From Adineta vaga (lineage: Eukaryota > Animalia > Rotifera): a stretch of 64,000 nucleotides of DNA. The number at the start of each line of letters is the position of its first letter. The stretch's first letter is position 1. Of this stretch, positions 13,120 through 27,976 are shown in pieces. The notes beneath the pieces are model-generated. The model did not search any database, was not told the origin of the DNA, and saw nothing but the letters and a program-made list of their open reading frames with translations. The stretch is taken from the NCBI GenBank assembly GCA_021613535.1, contig CP075495.1, forward strand, positions 3,658,001 through 3,722,000, given 5' to 3'. The translations under genes and the position numbers were made by a program.

Positions 13120-13189
13120 TTTGAACAGTTTCAATTCGCGCATAAACGAAGTTCTACGGGGTACAAAGTGAAATCAATAATCTGATTGG
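13120..13189. promoter_or_regulatory. Candidate CHR (TTTGAA), E2F-like (TTCGCGC) and CCAAT elements in the bidirectional BRC-gene/RPL35A promoter
   Basis: TTTGAA 13120-13125, TTCGCGC 13135-13141, ATTGG 13185-13189; short motifs that could occur by chance. Confidence 0.3.
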
Positions 13190-13485
13190 TTCGTTGATTA
13201 ACCTATGGAACTTGAAGAATAAAGATTTGATTGTAAAAATAATATGAAAATATTCTTAAATATTCATTTAATGTCGTATAAAAATGATTTAACTAATTTT
13301 TAGATCGTATTTTTATTTCTAAAAACTCCATGAGTAATGGTTTGTGTTTGACCAATCCGATTCGTTGTTTATTTTATTTATTTTATTTTCTTAAATGAAG
13401 AAAGAAAATCAGTCTGTTCTTCATTTTGAATTTCATCTCAAGCAATTATTTCATCTTAATTTCAGATTTGATTGCCGATCAAACA

Positions 13486-14042
13486 ATGACATCGTCAAAG
13501 AAAGTTGAAAAACCACAGGGTTCATATATCAAAAAGGGCCGGTAGGTTCGATTTCGACTAGAATTTCATTCACAACAATTTTCTCTATGATTTTAGTCTC
13601 TATGTCAAAGCAGTATTTACTGGTTTTCGACGTGGTAAACGTAATCAACATGAAAATACTGCTTTACTTAAATTAGATGGTGTGAATAATCGACGTGAAA
13701 CAAACTTTTATTTAGGTAAACGTTGTGCCTATGTATACAAGGCTAAAAAGTATGTTTGAAATCTTCAATGTCTTTTCAATAGAAGTTACGAATATCTTTT
13801 GAAATTATTCTAGCAAGACTTTAGTACCTGGTCAAAAACGTTTAAATCGTGTTCGTATTATGTGGGGAAAAGTGACCCGAGCACATGGTAAAAGTGGTGC
13901 TGTACGAGCTAAATTCCGTCGTAATTTACCACCCAAAGCTATCGGACGACGAATTCGTGTTGTATGTTTATTAATACTGATTTTTAAGTAATCAAATATT
14001 ATTCTTTTCTTCTTCTAGATGCTTTATCCTTCACGAATTTAA
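13486..14042 (+). CDS. RPL35A: 60S ribosomal protein L35a (eL33), 4 exons
   Basis: [31 protein letters not shown]...[14 protein letters not shown]...[42 protein letters not shown]; absent from the ORF track. Confidence 0.97.
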
Positions 14043-14285
14043 ACAACAAAACTATTATCGTTCGGAATGGTTCACATTCATCGACTCAACAAATCTATTC
14101 TTGTTTTCATCATCTTTATTCAAAACTTGTTTTGAGTCGAAAAGAATAAATAAGATAATATAAAGATAAACAACTATCATTGTTTCAATTCAAATAGAGC
14201 ATTACTGAATTCATTCGTTTGAGTAGTTTATCTGACAAGATTTATTGACACACAAAAAAAATAGTAAATCAATCAAGTTATCTAT

Positions 14286-16115
14286 TTAATAATTTTCTGT
14301 AAATTTTCGATGACAAATCGATACGCCATGTTCATCATATTCACGTTTTGTTACACAATAATTTGCATAATCTGAAGAATTGGTTAGAGTAACACCAGCA
14401 TTTAATGCATACGTAATTGGGCTAAAGGAATAGAGTAGAATGTGAATATAAATAAGAATAGATCGTTTACTCTTCTGGTAAAGTTATTCGAATAGGATAA
14501 TCATCTTTAATCATTGAGCGTAATTCGTTTTCTCTATAAGAAGAATCTTTGTGAGAAAAGTAAATTTGAAAATTATATATAATAAACTTACAAACGTTGC
14601 TTGAAATTTGGAAATAAACAATTTCCACCGATTAATAAGATATTATTATATAAACTCGGTCGAATATCTAAATCAAATTCGATATTTTGTTCGAAAAATC
14701 TATGTATCGTTCTTAATCATACGTTCAGGTAATTCTTCAACAGAATTATAAATCGATTCTGCAATTCCTGCTTGATCGATACCAATCAATGATGGTCGAA
14801 AAAGTATCTCCGGAATAGTAAAACGTTCAACACTCATTCGTATGACCTAATTTCAAAGAAATTCTATGCGAATCTATACAAAAATTGTTTTCTTTCCTAC
14901 TTGCTGCTGTTGTTGTTGCTGTTGTTTAGTAGAATTCTTTTTCGTAGTATCTATATTGTTACTAATCGAAACTGATGATGACGATGGAGGTTGAATATAA
15001 CCTTGTTTGATTTCATTATAATCTGGTAAGACATAATCCAGTGCATGTGGATTTTGAGATAATGGTAAACTAAAAGAACATTTCATATAACATATTTCAT
15101 TTGAAAGTAAATAACAATCTTACCGTGCTTTCTTCATATCATCTTGAAAATCTAATGAAATAAAGCAAACATTTTCTTTCAATTCATTGATAATATATGT
15201 TTCATTCATTACTAACAATTGTCTAAACATTCAAATAGATAAAATAGTGTTCTTTTATTTTTCAATTAATTACCGATAAGTAATAACATTTTTCAATTGA
15301 TTTGTTAATAATTTTCCGCCAACATCAATTCTTTCGAAGAAAAAGAAATATCGAATTATTCATTAATCAATTCGTCATACCTAGTCATTCCATCAAGAAT
15401 TTTTCTTCCTTGATAAAATGGAACGATATGTGTGAAAGAAAAGCCAGAATCGACAACTAATACATAATTCGATTTTGTATCACATTCGTATTGATACGCA
15501 CTTAAAGTAGCCGCTAAAAGAACAAAAACAATTCCTAAGATTAAGTTCTCGTGAAATTCTATCTTACGATCATATCGTGCAAATGATGCTACTTCATATT
15601 CTTCGAAAAAAATTTGATCCATCGTTTCTCGAATAAAGTTCAAATTCATATATGGTTCTGTCATTAATAGTCCTGTCGATTTGAATGACATCTAGATCAT
15701 ATGAGAATATTTCAATGAACAAAAATAAGAAGATTGAAATTATGAATTACTTTTCCAAATAGATAATCCCAGACTTGTTTTTCAATATTCCAATCGACTA
15801 AATAACCCTAGAGGAAAGAAAACTAATGTTAATTATTTCATTCTTTATTGGAATTATTCCATTCACTTTTTGAAATGGTAATTGATAATAAAGACTTGTT
15901 TTATTCGGACATTCATTATCAATTTGATCAGCAATAAATGTACGACGAGGATAAAATTTTGATTTCATTATACAATTAGGAAGAATTCTAGATTGAAATT
16001 GATACTCATCAACACAGAGGATATATTATTCAAACCTGATATTTTCATTTGTATTCATTCTAGATTTCGATGTTGAAGCTCCATTATCAATAACAAATAT
16101 TGGCTTTGTTGCCAT
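14286..16115 (-). CDS. ACTR6: Actin-related protein 6 (SWR1/SRCAP complex)
   Basis: MATKPIFVIDNGA, ILPNCIMKSK, GYLVDW, LLMTEPYMN, VVDSGFSFTHIVP, DVGGKLLTNQLK, VMNETYIINELKENVCFIS, DYVLPDY, ERFTIPEILFRPS, KREYDEHG. Confidence 0.92.
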
Positions 16116-16303
16116 ATTTTCAACTGAAAGAAATATAAATGTATTATAGATGAAACAAAATGAAATTTTCGTTTGAATGTTTCGTCAAAAAAAAATCCTA
16201 ACTGAGTTTATATTTGAATAAACATATACAAAATAACAAGCAAACAAACTGTTCGAATTTAACAGAGATCAAAAGAAAACATATATGAAGAAGAGTATGT
16301 TTA

Positions 16304-17209
16304 TTAATCGTGCGGATATTGTTCTTGAAGCCATTGTTGCATGATATATTGAACACCATCAAAAAGAGTGAAATAATCAGTCAATTGAGCATTGACAATC
16401 TAAATCGAAGAAAATATTTTCTTTCAGTAACAGAAACAATGATCAAGATTTTCTATACATACTTTTGAATCTTTAATCACTTCAATATGTTCTTGAGGGA
16501 TGTACGTTTTATGAGCACGTCGATCTCTTGTATCAAGTAAAACGGAGTAATTGGGCTGTCTTCGATATTCCTAAGAATAAGTTCGAAATAAAAGATTTCG
16601 TGTTTGAAAGAAAAAAACGAACTGGATGTCCTTGATGATGTTCATCAAGCCATTCATCAGGTGCAGAAGCGATTTCATCCCATCCGATAATAACTGCACG
16701 ATAATTATAGATTTTATGTCGAACAACTTGCCCAACTCGATATTTGATATGGTCAGATCGAGGTGATCGAATATTTGGTGAAGCTATACAAAGAGACGAA
16801 GTTTTACATGGAATCAAATTCATTAGGAAACATACTTCCATAATAACCATATTTCTCTCTCATATAATAAACTTCTGTTGCTGGAGATTCAATTCCACGT
16901 CGCCATGTTCGTTTGTGTAAAAGTGGATTAAATCCGAGTGGAATTTCAATTACGAAACTAATCAACCAGTTAAACCATGTATTTGGAGATAAATAATGAA
17001 AAATTTGATTTATTTGATTTGTTAATCTAAAACAAAAAAAATTAACGATGTTGTATATCAAGTTATTCTTCTTCATGAGAAAGAAAGCAATACTTATTAA
17101 CCGCATGAGCTTGTTCAATATCTTTTGAAGACCATTTTGTCAAAATAAAATATTGTATAGGTACAGCAAGTAAAAGTAAAGCAAATTGAAGAAGCGCTAG
17201 ACGATCCAT
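16304..17209 (-). CDS. YccV/HspQ-like ('hemimethylated DNA-binding') domain protein with an N-terminal hydrophobic anchor
   Basis: MDRLALLQFALLLLAVPIQYFIL N-terminus; KYRVGQVVRHKIYNYRAVIIGWD, TYIPQEHI, YFTLFDGVQY, WLQEQYPHD*. Confidence 0.8.
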
Positions 17210-18620
17210 TTACATCTGAAATTAAAGTTAAATATAATTTCAATGTACAAAATTCATGGCAATCATCTCCTCTGTTAGTTTAGTCAGTTAGAGTAACTCA
17301 TATAGATTACATCGAATATATGAGAATTCTTGGGTAGGAAATTAGTTTTATTCTGAATGAAACGAATGATGAAGCTACACAGTACACAAATAGTTGATTG
17401 TAAATAAAAAGTTAGAGCAGATACTTCTGTAGAATATGGATGAATCTAAAAATCTTCATAGAGTGAAAACTCGTGAAGAATTTTCGCTTTCTATTCGTCT
17501 ATAATGATAATACTCGTAAATAAATTAGGAAGTATTCCTTATCTTGGCTGTCTTTTTATTCAAAATTATCGAACTTACTTCTAAGAAATTCTGTGTCTAT
17601 TTGAATTCGCAAATATTTACATTACTTCATAGTTTTGTATGAAGAATAAGATTTAAAGTAACTATTGGATCATAGATGATTAAAATGTAAATTCTTCATA
17701 AAAAGTAATCTTATTCAACTGATGATCTAAATAAAAACGTCATTTTCTCAAAGATAATTTGAATAAAAAATCTTTTCTTGTCTTACCTATTAACTGTTAT
17801 TATAATGAACTCATTAGACTACAATCCGTATCTTTGATTTGCAAACGTTAGAATACAACTTTCTATTTTCTGACTTGTATCATTAGAGGAATGGTCAAGT
17901 CTTCCGTTAAATAAATTATTTACATGAATTGTTTATTTGAAAGTCAACGATAAACAAACAAAAATAAAGGAGTAAAATAACAGACAATTTTACCTATTAT
18001 TTTCTACGATAGTTTTTCTTTCTTGTAAATGAAAATGATTTTCTTTATTTATAGATCATCAATAAACAAATGCAAACAGATGTATTCTGTTCTGTCAGTG
18101 TACCAATAGTTTATATGCTCGTGTTAAATATGGTAGTGACATCTATGATTTTGGAATATTAATTTTGTTGAATATGCGAGTTTCTAAAATTTGAATAAGT
18201 GAAACTCATTTGTTTGCATTGCTTGAAACAGATGAACTTTAGAATTGATACAGAAGGGTCTTTAATAAATTAATCTCTCTAAGGAACTTCTGAATTCTAT
18301 TACTGAAATAGTTTTCGATTTAGATTGCTCATTGCGGTTATTATTAACATTCTTCTTGGGATTGTATTCATAATATTGAATGATGTTAATTTTCAACTGT
18401 TTAAGAGAGATTCTTGTATTTGACTTAGATTATTGATGAATGAATTATCTTGTTGGAATTGAAAATAATATACTAGGAGAATCCTATATTTTCATTGATG
18501 TAACCTGTTACATATTTTAATTTTAGAAGTCAAATAACAAATTATATTTTATTTAAAAAAAAACAATATGAACACATAATAAGATTTTTAGACTAAAATA
18601 TATTTCGTAAATGAAAATCT

Positions 18621-18881
18621 CTAGTAATGATGATGGCCATGGTGATGATGGTGCTGGTGATATGGTGGGGGCGGGGGTGGACAATAATCGATGTGAGGTG
18701 GTGCGGGACAGTATTGAGGTATTGGTGGTGGTGGAGGGCAGTAACCAGGCATTGGCGGTGGCGGACAATAGCCGGGAACTGGTGGTGGTGGCGGACAATA
18801 ACCGGGAACTGGTGGTGGTGGACAATAGTTATGATGGTGATGAGGAGGACGATGATGATGATATGAATGTTCTTGACCCAT
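18621..18881 (-). CDS. 86-aa His/Pro/Cys/Tyr-rich orphan with (G/N/Q/D)YCP(P/A)PP repeats
   Basis: Single-exon ORF, GC-rich island in AT-rich DNA, tatata-type sequence upstream; six YCP units between His-rich termini. Confidence 0.7.
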   Translation of the reverse strand: MGQEHSYHHHRPPHHHHNYCPPPPVPGYCPPPPPVPGYCPPPPMPGYCPPPPPIPQYCPAPPHIDYCPPPPPPYHQHHHHHGHHHY

Positions 18882-19422
18882 GTTTATTTGTATGAGAAAG
18901 TGAGTTTAATAAATGAAAAGACGATAGTTAGATTGAAAAAAAAGACAACAAATGATGAATATATATATTTCGATATCTATGACAAGTTTATTCTATGATA
19001 AAAATAAACGACATGACTTAATAGTCATTTGCACATGACGTATCATCTGCGTCAAAGTGAAAGATAAAGAAAGAAAGATCTGCAGTTTTAATATAAAAAA
19101 ACAAAAACATTTCAGCGAGCAGATAAGAATAGTATTAATCATGCATCATAATGTTAGTGAATACTAATATTGAAGATGATTGTTATAAAGACATGTAGAA
19201 CATTCTTGAATATAAGTTTACTAATTTAATAATAATCCTGTACTGTATCAAAAGATATTTATTATGTCAGCCTATCGATTTTCTATATTTCTGAGATATA
19301 ACAGAGTAAAGGTAGGCTTTGATGTTTATTTCTTGTATACATAAATATGGTGCAGAAAAATTACAGATTGATTTAGTACAAATATAGTTTTAAAGTAAAA
19401 GAAAATAATTTGTTTTTATTTT

Positions 19423-19743
19423 TCAATATCCATGAGGATAATGTTGATGATGCGATGGTGGTGGTGGTGGTGGACAGTAACCTGAGGGTGGTGCATGTGA
19501 ATAACTGCCTTCATATTGATAATTACCTGGTCCATAATTTGGTAGAGGTGGTGGTGGAGTATATCCGCCAGGTTGATGATAAGATGTAGGTGGTGGTGGA
19601 GTATATCCACCAGGTTGAGCGTAAGGTGAAGGTGGTGGTGGACAGAAACCACTACCTACTGAGCCAGGAGGTGGAGGACAATATCCACCAGGTGTTGAAT
19701 ATGACGGAGGTCCGTATGGATTGGGATATTGATTGTAACTCAT
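19423..19743 (-). CDS. About 106-aa Pro/Gly/Tyr-rich orphan (GGY(C/T)PPPP repeats), related to the neighbour
   Basis: First ATG at 19743 (MSYNQYPNPYGPP...); repeated GYCPPPP/GYTPPPP; His-rich C-terminus. Confidence 0.7.
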   Translation of the reverse strand: MSYNQYPNPYGPPSYSTPGGYCPPPPGSVGSGFCPPPPSPYAQPGGYTPPPPTSYHQPGGYTPPPPLPNYGPGNYQYEGSYSHAPPSGYCPPPPPPSHHQHYPHGY

Positions 19744-20259
19744 GGTTGCTTTTGTGCTACTTAATAAACTCAATATCCAACAGAATGTTACCAAAGAATA
19801 AGTGAGATGGTGAAGATATTAACGACGTAATGTATATATAGACGAAGATTTAGAGAGAAAAATATTGTCGAGATAAGCGATCACCTTAGTAACAGCATTT
19901 TTTTTATCATAGAAAGAAACAAATAAAGAACATGTTAATCACATGGTTGTGTGCTGTAATTTCCAGCAATCTTATGTAACAATATACGGAAAGGCACCTA
20001 ATATGATCAATATTAATTCTGATTGTCGTATTTTATGATGATACAAAAGTTTCTTTCTCATTCAGTATTTTCATCGAATATTTGAAATAACTTTTCCAAC
20101 TATTTCATCATATATCTGTCGTTACTTTTTAATCTCGTATTAGCAGAAATATGAAGTAAAAAAACAGAACAGATCGAATATGATTAACTAACAAAATAAC
20201 ATATGTTAATTAAGTTCTATTACAAATATATTTCAAGATCATCCAGTAGTTTTCAAATC

Positions 20260-20613
20260 TCAGATAAAGTCATCTGTTTTTTTATGAAATAATATCGCAT
20301 ATATTCCAATCGTTATGATAAAAATGACATTACCAATAAGAGCAAAACTTAAACTTAAACCTTGAAGATAACCTTTGAGATAAACAACAATAAGAAAACC
20401 AAATGTTGATACAAATAGAATTGCCGCAATAAAGATGGCTAGTTCATTTAGATTTGTATTACTATTATATTCATTACTATTTGTTATTATCGACAATGGT
20501 ATTATTAAAAATATATAGAACAAAAGAATAAACATTGACCAATATGAATTCGGTAAAACACAACTGAGTAATAAAAAGGTAACACCCGCTGTGCATATCA
20601 TTGATAAAATCAT
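20260..20613 (-). CDS. Vps55/LEPROT (endospanin) family 4-TM endosomal protein; true start may lie in a short upstream exon
   Basis: GVTFLLLSCVLPNSYWSMFILLFY, ELAIFIAAILFVSTFGFLIV, LIGNVIFIITI, acidic DDFI C-terminus. Confidence 0.75.
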   Translation of the reverse strand: MILSMICTAGVTFLLLSCVLPNSYWSMFILLFYIFLIIPLSIITNSNEYNSNTNLNELAIFIAAILFVSTFGFLIVVYLKGYLQGLSLSFALIGNVIFIITIGIYAILFHKKTDDFI

Positions 20614-21018
20614 AAGTTTAGCTAAAATACTGAATTGTATCGTATTGCATATGAAACGAAAAAGAAGAAAAGATTAATTGATGCGCTTAAAATACCAACA
20701 CTATTATTTATTTTTTCGATATACAATATACATACATATATATAGATATAAATATAGATTTAATTACAATTGAATTTATGCAGTCAACAAAATATAGAAT
20801 AAGATTTTCACTGTCTGATTTCGAAAAAAACAATGAAGAAGCTTCTCGTCCTTCTTAATTTTTTATCAAAATAACAAAGAAGAGAAAGAAAAGAATGTTT
20901 CAAGAAATTAAACACTGAGATAAATAAAATATGAATACACAATCAGAAAACCCAGATGATAACAACAACAATAACAAAAACAACAAGAAAATATATATTG
21001 CATTGAAAAAGAAAAATT

Positions 21019-23442
21019 TCAACTCGATGAAAGTTGATTAAGATCCTCAACTATACGATTTCTTCTTATCCATTGAATATATTGAGTATAAAGTGTTCGA
21101 GCACATGGCAAAATTCTTTCGGCATTATTTCGGCGACGATATCGATCGAAATGCATCGATATTTCTTGTTCATCAAGACTTGTTTGCTTTAGAAGAGCAT
21201 TTCGATGTGCTAATAATATTGATACGCAAACAAATATTAAAAACAAATTATCTTCTTCAAGCCGTGTTGTATCACCAGACGGTAACCGTTGTAACCAACT
21301 TGGTACAGATGAATTTTGTAAAGAAGAATTGATAGCAATACTATTGTTATTGTTATTATTACATGATGAAAGTTGATCAGAATCATATTCAACTAATTCA
21401 CTAAGTGCAAATGAATTTTCTAAACTTTTATCACGTGATCGTGTAAATGTTGAATTTGTTCTGGAACGTTGCAATGTTGAACGTCGATATTCATAATTAT
21501 CTAATGTGGAATGACAATCAGATTGTTGTTGTCGTTGGCGAATTTCTAAAATTGATAATAATTGTTCTTTGTTATGAAAAGCTAATGAAGAAGCGCGATT
21601 TTTAAATTTTCGAGCAAATGATTCATCCATTATATGTAATTGTGGACAACTAGTTGAACGACGTTGTGCTAATTGACAAGAGAAAGAATATGAACTATCA
21701 GTGATCATAGTATCGGATGGTGAAGTTATAAGAGATGTTTCACTTAGTTGGGGAGGTTCACTATCAATTGGTAATGTTGCCCACATCACTTCCAGTACAC
21801 GTAGAGCATCATTAAAGGGAAATTCACGTTTACATTCGAGTAATAACCATCGATATGTAAAATAGACGTTCACTAAATTAATTCATGAATAGTAATAGAT
21901 GGATAGGAGAAATTGCAAAATTTATTCTACCTGCATCATGGGATTCAAGAAAACTCCAAAAAACAGGATCAATAGCTTGTAATAGCACTTTGAGATGATG
22001 AAATTTCGTTGCAATTGCGACACCATCAGTCGCAAAATTTGCACGAATACGTTTCATAATTGAACAAAAACAAATATATGCTAATCCTTCTTCGCGCATG
22101 ACATAGAGTATTGTTGAAGCATAATCATTCATTCCTTTAAAGAAAAAAAACAACAGGTACAATATGGAAAAGAATTATTTCAAATCAAAAGACAAACCTT
22201 GACAGTAGGTAGTGTTTGGATGACTAACACAATACGTCATTAAAATATTAAATAATGATTGAACATTAACATGACCATTACCAGAATCAGCATAGAAACC
22301 AAATGCTCTATCGGTTCGTGAAACATCTTTTTCAATCATACGCATAATTAATTGTGTATTCTCATTTTGATGTTGTTCATCTGTCCATCGTTTTTTCAAT
22401 CTAATCAAAAACAAATAAAACAAATTCATTTTACAAATTCATGTCAACACAAACGTTTTATATTTAATTTCAATACATTTCAAATAATCAATACGTTCAA
22501 GACCAGTGATATTCAATGGAAAAATATTTAATAAATGACGCCAGACAACTTTTCGATATGATGGTTCGATACCACCTTCAAAAACTGCTTGACGTAATTC
22601 ATTTACATGAATAAGACGTCCTTCCGAGTCAAGAAATTTTTTCATATCTCCATCACCAACCGGTTTTGAACTGCGTCGTTCGTTTCCTCCATACATCCAA
22701 TCTAGAAAATAAAAGACCTTTTTTCAATCTCAAAATAGAAACGGATAGAATACATACTAATAGCTTTGTTTAAAGCTGATGCTGCTTTTCCTGCTGTTTG
22801 ATTGACAGTTGCAATAATAGAACGACTATCGACATTAAACCAACGAATATTTGCATTGAAATCATTCAATCCAACAAAATCCCAATCATCAAGTGCTAAG
22901 AAAAAAATTTATGAAAGTAAATAACAAACAATGAACATTTCAATACCTTCATCTCGAGGAGTGATATCATAGCGTAATCTCAAATATGCACCTGGTTGAA
23001 CAGCATGAATCGATGCATCGAGATCCCAATCAGACCAAATTGCAGAAATTTGATCTCGTCCAGTTGATGGACATCGTTGAATAGCGCTGATCACAAAATC
23101 TGTTTTTATATCAAATGCTTGAGCAATCAAACATTGAAGTGTTTGATATGTTGTTAAGCGTGGATCAATACAAAACTTTTTCGATGAACCCGTTTCTTGT
23201 CCTTCATCATTTGTATTACTATGAGGTTTCTGAAAAAAATCAAATTCATATTTTAAATAAAATCTAACAGGAGAGAATCTTTACATAAACTTTGATTCTG
23301 ACAACATCCGGCTGTGCAGATCCAATGACAGACATAGATGGTAGCGAAGCACTCGCTCGAGATGTAGACCAGATCTGAAAAAGAAATTCATCATGAATAA
23401 AATCATTTCAAAGAAAGAATAACGTACTCTTGCTGATCTCAT
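21019..23442 (-). CDS. TBC1D25: TBC1 domain Rab-GAP, TBC1D25/OATL1 ortholog
   Basis: KKFCIDPRLTTYQTLQCLIAQAFDI, SDWDLDAS, LIR-like DDWDFV, IEKDVSRTDR (Arg finger), YCQGMND (Gln finger), FTYRWLLLECKREF. Confidence 0.88.
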
Positions 23443-23796
23443 TCTTCAATCGTTGGTTTTTCTGCCTGTTTCTGACTCGAAAGTAATTGCGTCGATTAAA
23501 AAAGAGTTCTTTTCTTGTTTCTCTCTTCTTCTCTTTACTTAGTTCTCTCATTTATCTGAGGGTGTGCGTGTATGTAAAAAAATAAAACTAGGTATATCAA
23601 TGTCAAGGATGTCCGCTGATAACAAAGAATATTTCAAGATTTAGTTTCTTTGTTACATTTACAGATAACGAGAAATACGAAGAATAAAAACAAGAAAACA
23701 GAAATAAAAATATCTTTATTTCAAAAATAAAATCACCGAAATATAGGAATAAATATTTATATCTATAACAATGAAAAACAAAACAACATTAAATAT

Positions 23797-25679
23797 TCAA
23801 AGCCAAGCAAATAATTCTTTTCGAGTAAGTTCAATTGCTTGTAAATGTGAAAATCGTTCTTGATTACGACCTAACCAATCACTCAATTGCATTTCACTTG
23901 GAATCGCAGATATATTCATCAATACTTTGTCATCAAAATGTATATGTACATAATGTAAATGAGAACGCATATTAATTAATATATGTTGACCTATTGTATC
24001 AAGTTGATCCATACAAAATGAAAGAAAATTCATAGAAAATTGTAATGTTTGTAGATTTCGAAATTCTTTACTAATCGCTTCAATGTCACGGATTTGTAAA
24101 CGACATGATCCCATTATATTTAAATGAAAAACATTCATTGTAATTCGTCTTTCTTTTAAGATTTCATATAAAATTGTACATTTGATATATTTATCTGTAA
24201 TATCGAGATAACGAAGATGTTGAAAACATTGAAATTGAAATGTTTTCTTCAATAAATATTCTAAATATACGGCATTTGAACAATGCATATGTTGTATACG
24301 TGCTATTGTTTCACTAAAATTATTATGTACAGGAATAAACCATTGACGAAATGGACAATCAGATGAATATGTCAATTGTAAAGATGTCACATTCGGAAGA
24401 AGATTTGAAGGAAATGAATCAATAATTGTTGGAACACATGAATCAAATACTAATTGATTAACACAATTATAATTAGACTAAAATAAAAATAATTCGATTA
24501 TTTTTTTCTACCTTTGATATTGTATTGTTCTCGTCTTATTCAAATATAATATAAAACAGATACTCAAACTAAGTGAGTTTAACTTACACAAACACCAATC
24601 ATTTCTCCTTGATCAATTAATGTTAGATTTGATGTACAACATGGAGATGTATAGATAAGTAACCAATTCTCAAAACTTCTTCGTAAAAAATCTCGAGAAT
24701 AATGAATAATCACATTGCATTGATGTTGAACATAAAATTCCGTTTGAAAACTTTGAACAAGTGTATCAACATTAGCTTGATATCTAAATGATGTCAATGA
24801 TCTAACTTGTAAATAGAAATGAAGTTGACAATGATTTGATAGATTTGGAAGCAAAGAACTAAATGTTTGTCCATCATAAGAAGTAAATTGACGATCAATT
24901 ATCAGAATTGTTAATTCAGTTAAACTATTTACAAAAAATTGTGATGTATGTATCCATTGTTGATCATAATCATCAATATAAACTTTTAAATGTCGTACAA
25001 ATGGAATAATGCTATCTAGAATTGAATTTTGAGAATATATTATTATCTCATTACATATTCCTCCATGATCTGCTAATATTGATCTTAATGTATTCATGTG
25101 ACAGATCATAATACTAGCGATGATTGTTTGAGAGTATGTTTTTCGAAAGATAATCTTATCTTCAGATGAATAGATGAGAAATGATTGAAGAATTATATCA
25201 GGTAAACAAATAGTTGTATCCATAATTGGTCGAACGAATATTATTTGTTGTAAATTAGTACAAAAATAGTGTAATCGTTCATTATCAATAAGTAAAGAAA
25301 AAGTCAATTCAATATTCGCTGAACATGAACTAGATTGTAATATATGATTTGAGAATTTTATTGAATGCATATATGGAGAAATATGATCGTAGGAACATTT
25401 GAAAAACTCGATAATCTGTTGATGAGAATATGAAGATAAATCAATTGTATTTAAACGTAAATTTTGTACAAGTGAATCGAAATGATGATTAAGTTGAGAG
25501 AATGATTGAAAGATTTCATTACCGGTTAGATAATTAAAAATAAGGTAGATTATTTCAGGTGGAAAGTGTTCAAATTGTGTTCTAAACGAAAGTTTTCAAA
25601 TGAAAGATTTTGATAGAAACTAAAAACAAATCTTTTACCGTTCATCACTGTTTCTACTTTCTACGTTCTCAACACTCAT
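23797..25679 (-). CDS. N-terminal F-box protein of a lineage-expanded type, with a degenerate LRR-like C-terminus
   Basis: Spliced MSVENVESRNSDERTQFEHFPPEIIYLIFNYLTGNEIFQSFSQLNHHFDSLV (F-box), continuing into ORFs 24579-25370 and 23797-24390. Confidence 0.75.
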
Positions 25680-26594
25680 CTGAAACAAGAAATTTATCAA
25701 TAGATTTCTCTCCAAGTGTATCATTCTACTGAGAAAGTACGATGAAACCCAAATGATTACTTGTTTGACTTCACTGTTATATCATCTGAATAAAATATGA
25801 AGAAATATGATGAATACTCATCATTATTTATGAAAATTATTCTATTCATGTTTTATTCATGATCAAAACACACGTCTGGTCGGGTGATAATTCTTCGTAT
25901 TTCAATCATTTCATGTTGATTAACAAGTCATTATTTTAAACAAATAAATTCTTATTAGAGTAAAACGAATGAGATGTAAAATCTGAAATAAAAATATTAA
26001 TAAATAAAAAAATACTAAAATATAACAATTGACAATCTGATTGGTTATTTTAATAACCAATGAAAATGTTCATTACATTCTCTACTGAGATGTTGACCTA
26101 AGTGCATTAATGAATTAGATAATGACATGAACAAATTAAAAAAGAAAAAAAAAAGAAAATAAATCAATTTAAATTGATTGAATGATTTTCATTTGTATAT
26201 GATAATTTGAAAATAAGCTAAATATCATTAGTCATTTTAAAATAGACAGAGACAGTCGATGTATGTATTTGTTTTTATGTCTTCAAAAAAGAGTATTGAT
26301 ACCGTTAGAAATGGCCACATCTTGTTATTTCTTGTGTTCTTTTTCATATTATTTTGTTTTGAAATTTGTAGATCATAGAAAAGGAAAACGTACAAATATT
26401 TTCACGATAATTACTCGATTAGAAAATCGTCATCGAAAAGCGAAGGAACAAAATGTCGAAAAATAATTGAGAAAAAACACAAACTTATCAGATTCGAAAC
26501 TAAAAACAAACTAGAAGTTTTTCTTTCCCAACTTTCCCGTCCGATACAAAACTATTCTTACTAGTTAATATCTTTATCTCGTATTATTGTTTAA

Positions 26595-27976
<1,382 letters not shown>

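Noticed and set aside
18553-19805. Overlapping Val-, Trp-, Thr- or His-rich ORFs in other frames and strands
   Set aside because: Shadows of the CCA-rich proline repeats
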